This document shows, piece after piece, positions 61,839-64,000 of a stretch of DNA of 64,000 nt (within the stretch, counting starts at the first letter, position 1; each line of letters starts with the position of its first letter). Location: contig NC_068989.1 of the NCBI RefSeq assembly GCF_001194135.2, forward strand, positions 73,915,537 through 73,979,536, written 5' to 3'. The stretch is from Octopus bimaculoides. Taxonomy: Eukaryota. Both the position numbers and the translations under genes were made by a program. Below the pieces are notes generated by a model. It was given only the letters and a program-made list of their open reading frames with translations, made no database searches and had not been told where the DNA came from.

Positions 61839-62074
61839 CAGTAATCACTATTCATAACTCGGTTCACCTATCGCGGATCACCTATCGCGGTTTATTATTT
61901 AAGCTTACGTCATTTCCTCCGTGATGTTGTTTTGCATTTATAATAAAACAAATATATACAAATAAAAATAATAATAAAAATATACAGTACAGTACTGTTT
62001 CTACGTCGTGGATTTTCACCTATCACAGGGGGCGGGGTTGGAACGTAACACCCGCGATTGTCGAGAGATTACTA
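61839..62074. mobile_element. Pogo/Tigger-like MITE
   Basis: cagtaatcact...ttcacctatcgcgg ... ttcacctatcacagg...gaacgtaacacccgcgattgtcgagagattacta. Confidence 0.65.
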
Positions 62075-62240
62075 GCAGTGAAAAACAAGGGTTCTGCTTC
62101 AGAGCTAAAACTAATTACTAAAAAGCGTAACGAGTAAATTCGAAGTCAGAGCGTAGGATAGTATTTACTGATATTGCTCTTTCCCTTCTCCTCTGTTTCA
62201 GAAGCAATTTTCTGGGTCTGAAGAACTAAAATTCTTGTTT

Positions 62241-62463
62241 AGGCGGCGAGCTGGCAGAATCGTTAGCACGCCGGGCGAAATGCTTCGCGGTATTTCGTCT
62301 GCCGTTACGTTCTGAGTTCAAATTCTGCCGAGGTCGACTTTGCCTTTCATCCTTTCGGGGTCGATAAATTAAGTACCAGTTACGGACTGGGTCGATGTAA
62401 TCGACTCAATCCGTTCGTCTGTCCTTGTTTGTTCCCTCTATGTTTAGCCCCTTGTGGGCAATA
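62241..62463 (+). mobile_element. Young full-length SINE family M with perfect 20-bp TSD
   Basis: TSD aagaactaaaattcttgttt at 62221-62240 and 62464-62483. Confidence 0.95.
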
Positions 62464-64000
62464 AAGAACTAAAATTCTTGTTTCCTGGCATTTTTTCCTT
62501 ACATTGTATTGTAATCCTTTTTCTTTCTTTGAATGAAATACCATGTTTTTCCTTTAATTTTTCTTCGAAATTTTGCTTCCAAAATATGTGATCTCGTAGA
62601 AAAGAAGGATACAAGGATTAGCAACAGCTACTATAACACCTTGGATACTTTGCCATTGTGATGCATATAAGATTTTATAATAGTCAAATAATCAAGTGTG
62701 ATGTAACATTAAATCCCTATTATGCATTTTTAATCACACTGGTAACAGAAGACATCAAAACTTACATGCGAAGAACATTGTCTTTGTGTGTGTTGTATGT
62801 AATCTGAGTGACCACTGGCTTATATTTCATGATTTACATAAACTCTGAACAAATTGATGGATGATGCATAAATATATGACTTTTCGAGGGAGGGTGACAA
62901 GACAGTAAAGATCAAGAGAAGCATATTATTTTAATGATATAGAATTGGCAACTCTGCTCCTGTGAGACCAAAATTTTCCATTCTACTAGTTAACCTAAGA
63001 TGTAGAGGTCATAGTGATTTGATTAAAGACTGCGAGCAAATTAATGATGCAGCATATTTTTAGTTATTTCGAACTTAATGATAACTATAGAAATCGACTG
63101 TCTGAGATATTTCGGCTGTGGTAGTTACGTTATATTTCTAGAAAGCATATTTGACAAACACGGCTCATTACCACTAATGAAGTCAGAGGCCACAATAAAA
63201 TCTGAAATACCAGCTTCCTGAATCTGCTGAGTTAATTCAAAGTGTGTGACAGATATCAATAAGAGACTGAATCACTTCAATTTGGACATAGGCCAAACAT
63301 AGCCAGGCAACAGGATGATTCCAAACACGATATTAATTAAATTATCAAGTAATGTAAGATAGCCACTGTTTCACATTGCTGTCCGTAGAGACCCAATGTG
63401 CATAATGTATATGATCAAGCTAGACAGACGTGATCTTATCTCTGGAAGTGTTATGCCACAAACACCAGAGGAATCGGATTAAACTGACTGATTTGACACA
63501 GGAGTGGTAATATTTAACTGACTGTTAAGAGAATTAAAATTACAAATTAGACTTGTGTCAAATAAATTCGATAGAATCTTGTCAATATAGTATAGTTTAG
63601 TTCAGTATAAACCAACAAAAGTTGGTAAATATATTAGAACAGCGTTTTACTAAGTAAATAAAATCTGAAGTAGAATATTGAAGAAAAGTTGTGGAAGTGT
63701 TCTTGTTAATCCCAAATTCTAAACTAACACTGTATTGTTGAAGTGGAATCATTTGTCTAAGTACGTAATGTATCAAAATGTACTTCGAAAGCATCCACTT
63801 TCTTTGGTTAGATGGAAATGGAAATGGTTAAAACTGGCAACAGTCCAGGGATTGAAGAAATTGTGAAATTGAATGAGTACACACAAACGCACACATTAAC
63901 ACTGATAAAGAGTAAATAGAGTGATACGTATAAATATATATACGTATATGAATATATATATGTGTACATATATATATATATACATATATATATATATTTA

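Noticed and set aside
62180-62240. Strong polypyrimidine tract plus cag before the SINE
   Set aside because: No downstream donor or recognisable coding frame.
63180-63520. Possible very old RTE-like 3' remnant
   Set aside because: Scattered residues only; not distinguishable from chance.

Overview
AT-rich, microsatellite-saturated eukaryotic draft-assembly window with 12 N-gaps, most of them abutting simple repeats. The SINE families and repeat load look like an octopus (coleoid cephalopod) genome; this is inferred from pattern recognition, not a database result. I recognise no host protein-coding exon, rRNA, tRNA gene or CRISPR array, so the window reads as intronic/intergenic DNA built from transposon layers. 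These include at least four tRNA-headed SINE families (informal labels A, B, D, M) plus a further repeat family (E), mariner/Tc1, pogo/Tigger-like, hAT and TTAA-flanked MITEs, a Helentron-type HINE, two RTE LINEs, a decayed R4/Dong-like RT and a Penelope GIY-YIG remnant. The standout is 9000-9680: three copies of a ~200-nt unit, two in tandem on the minus strand and one inverted. Each carries a minimal type I hammerhead-ribozyme fold with the compensatory U3-A8 core (UUGAUAA) and a palindromic stem III, consistent with a Penelope-type pseudo-LTR or retrozyme cluster. The inverted copy forms a 115-bp hairpin over the best-preserved ribozyme. Also notable: a SINE>mariner>RTE nest whose LINE ends in a (TAGA)n tail starting at its own stop codon, a 130-bp loopless palindrome, a mariner inverted duplication with a templated-insertion scar, and a TIR element carrying (CCCTAA)n. 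All alignments and protein-family assignments were done by eye.
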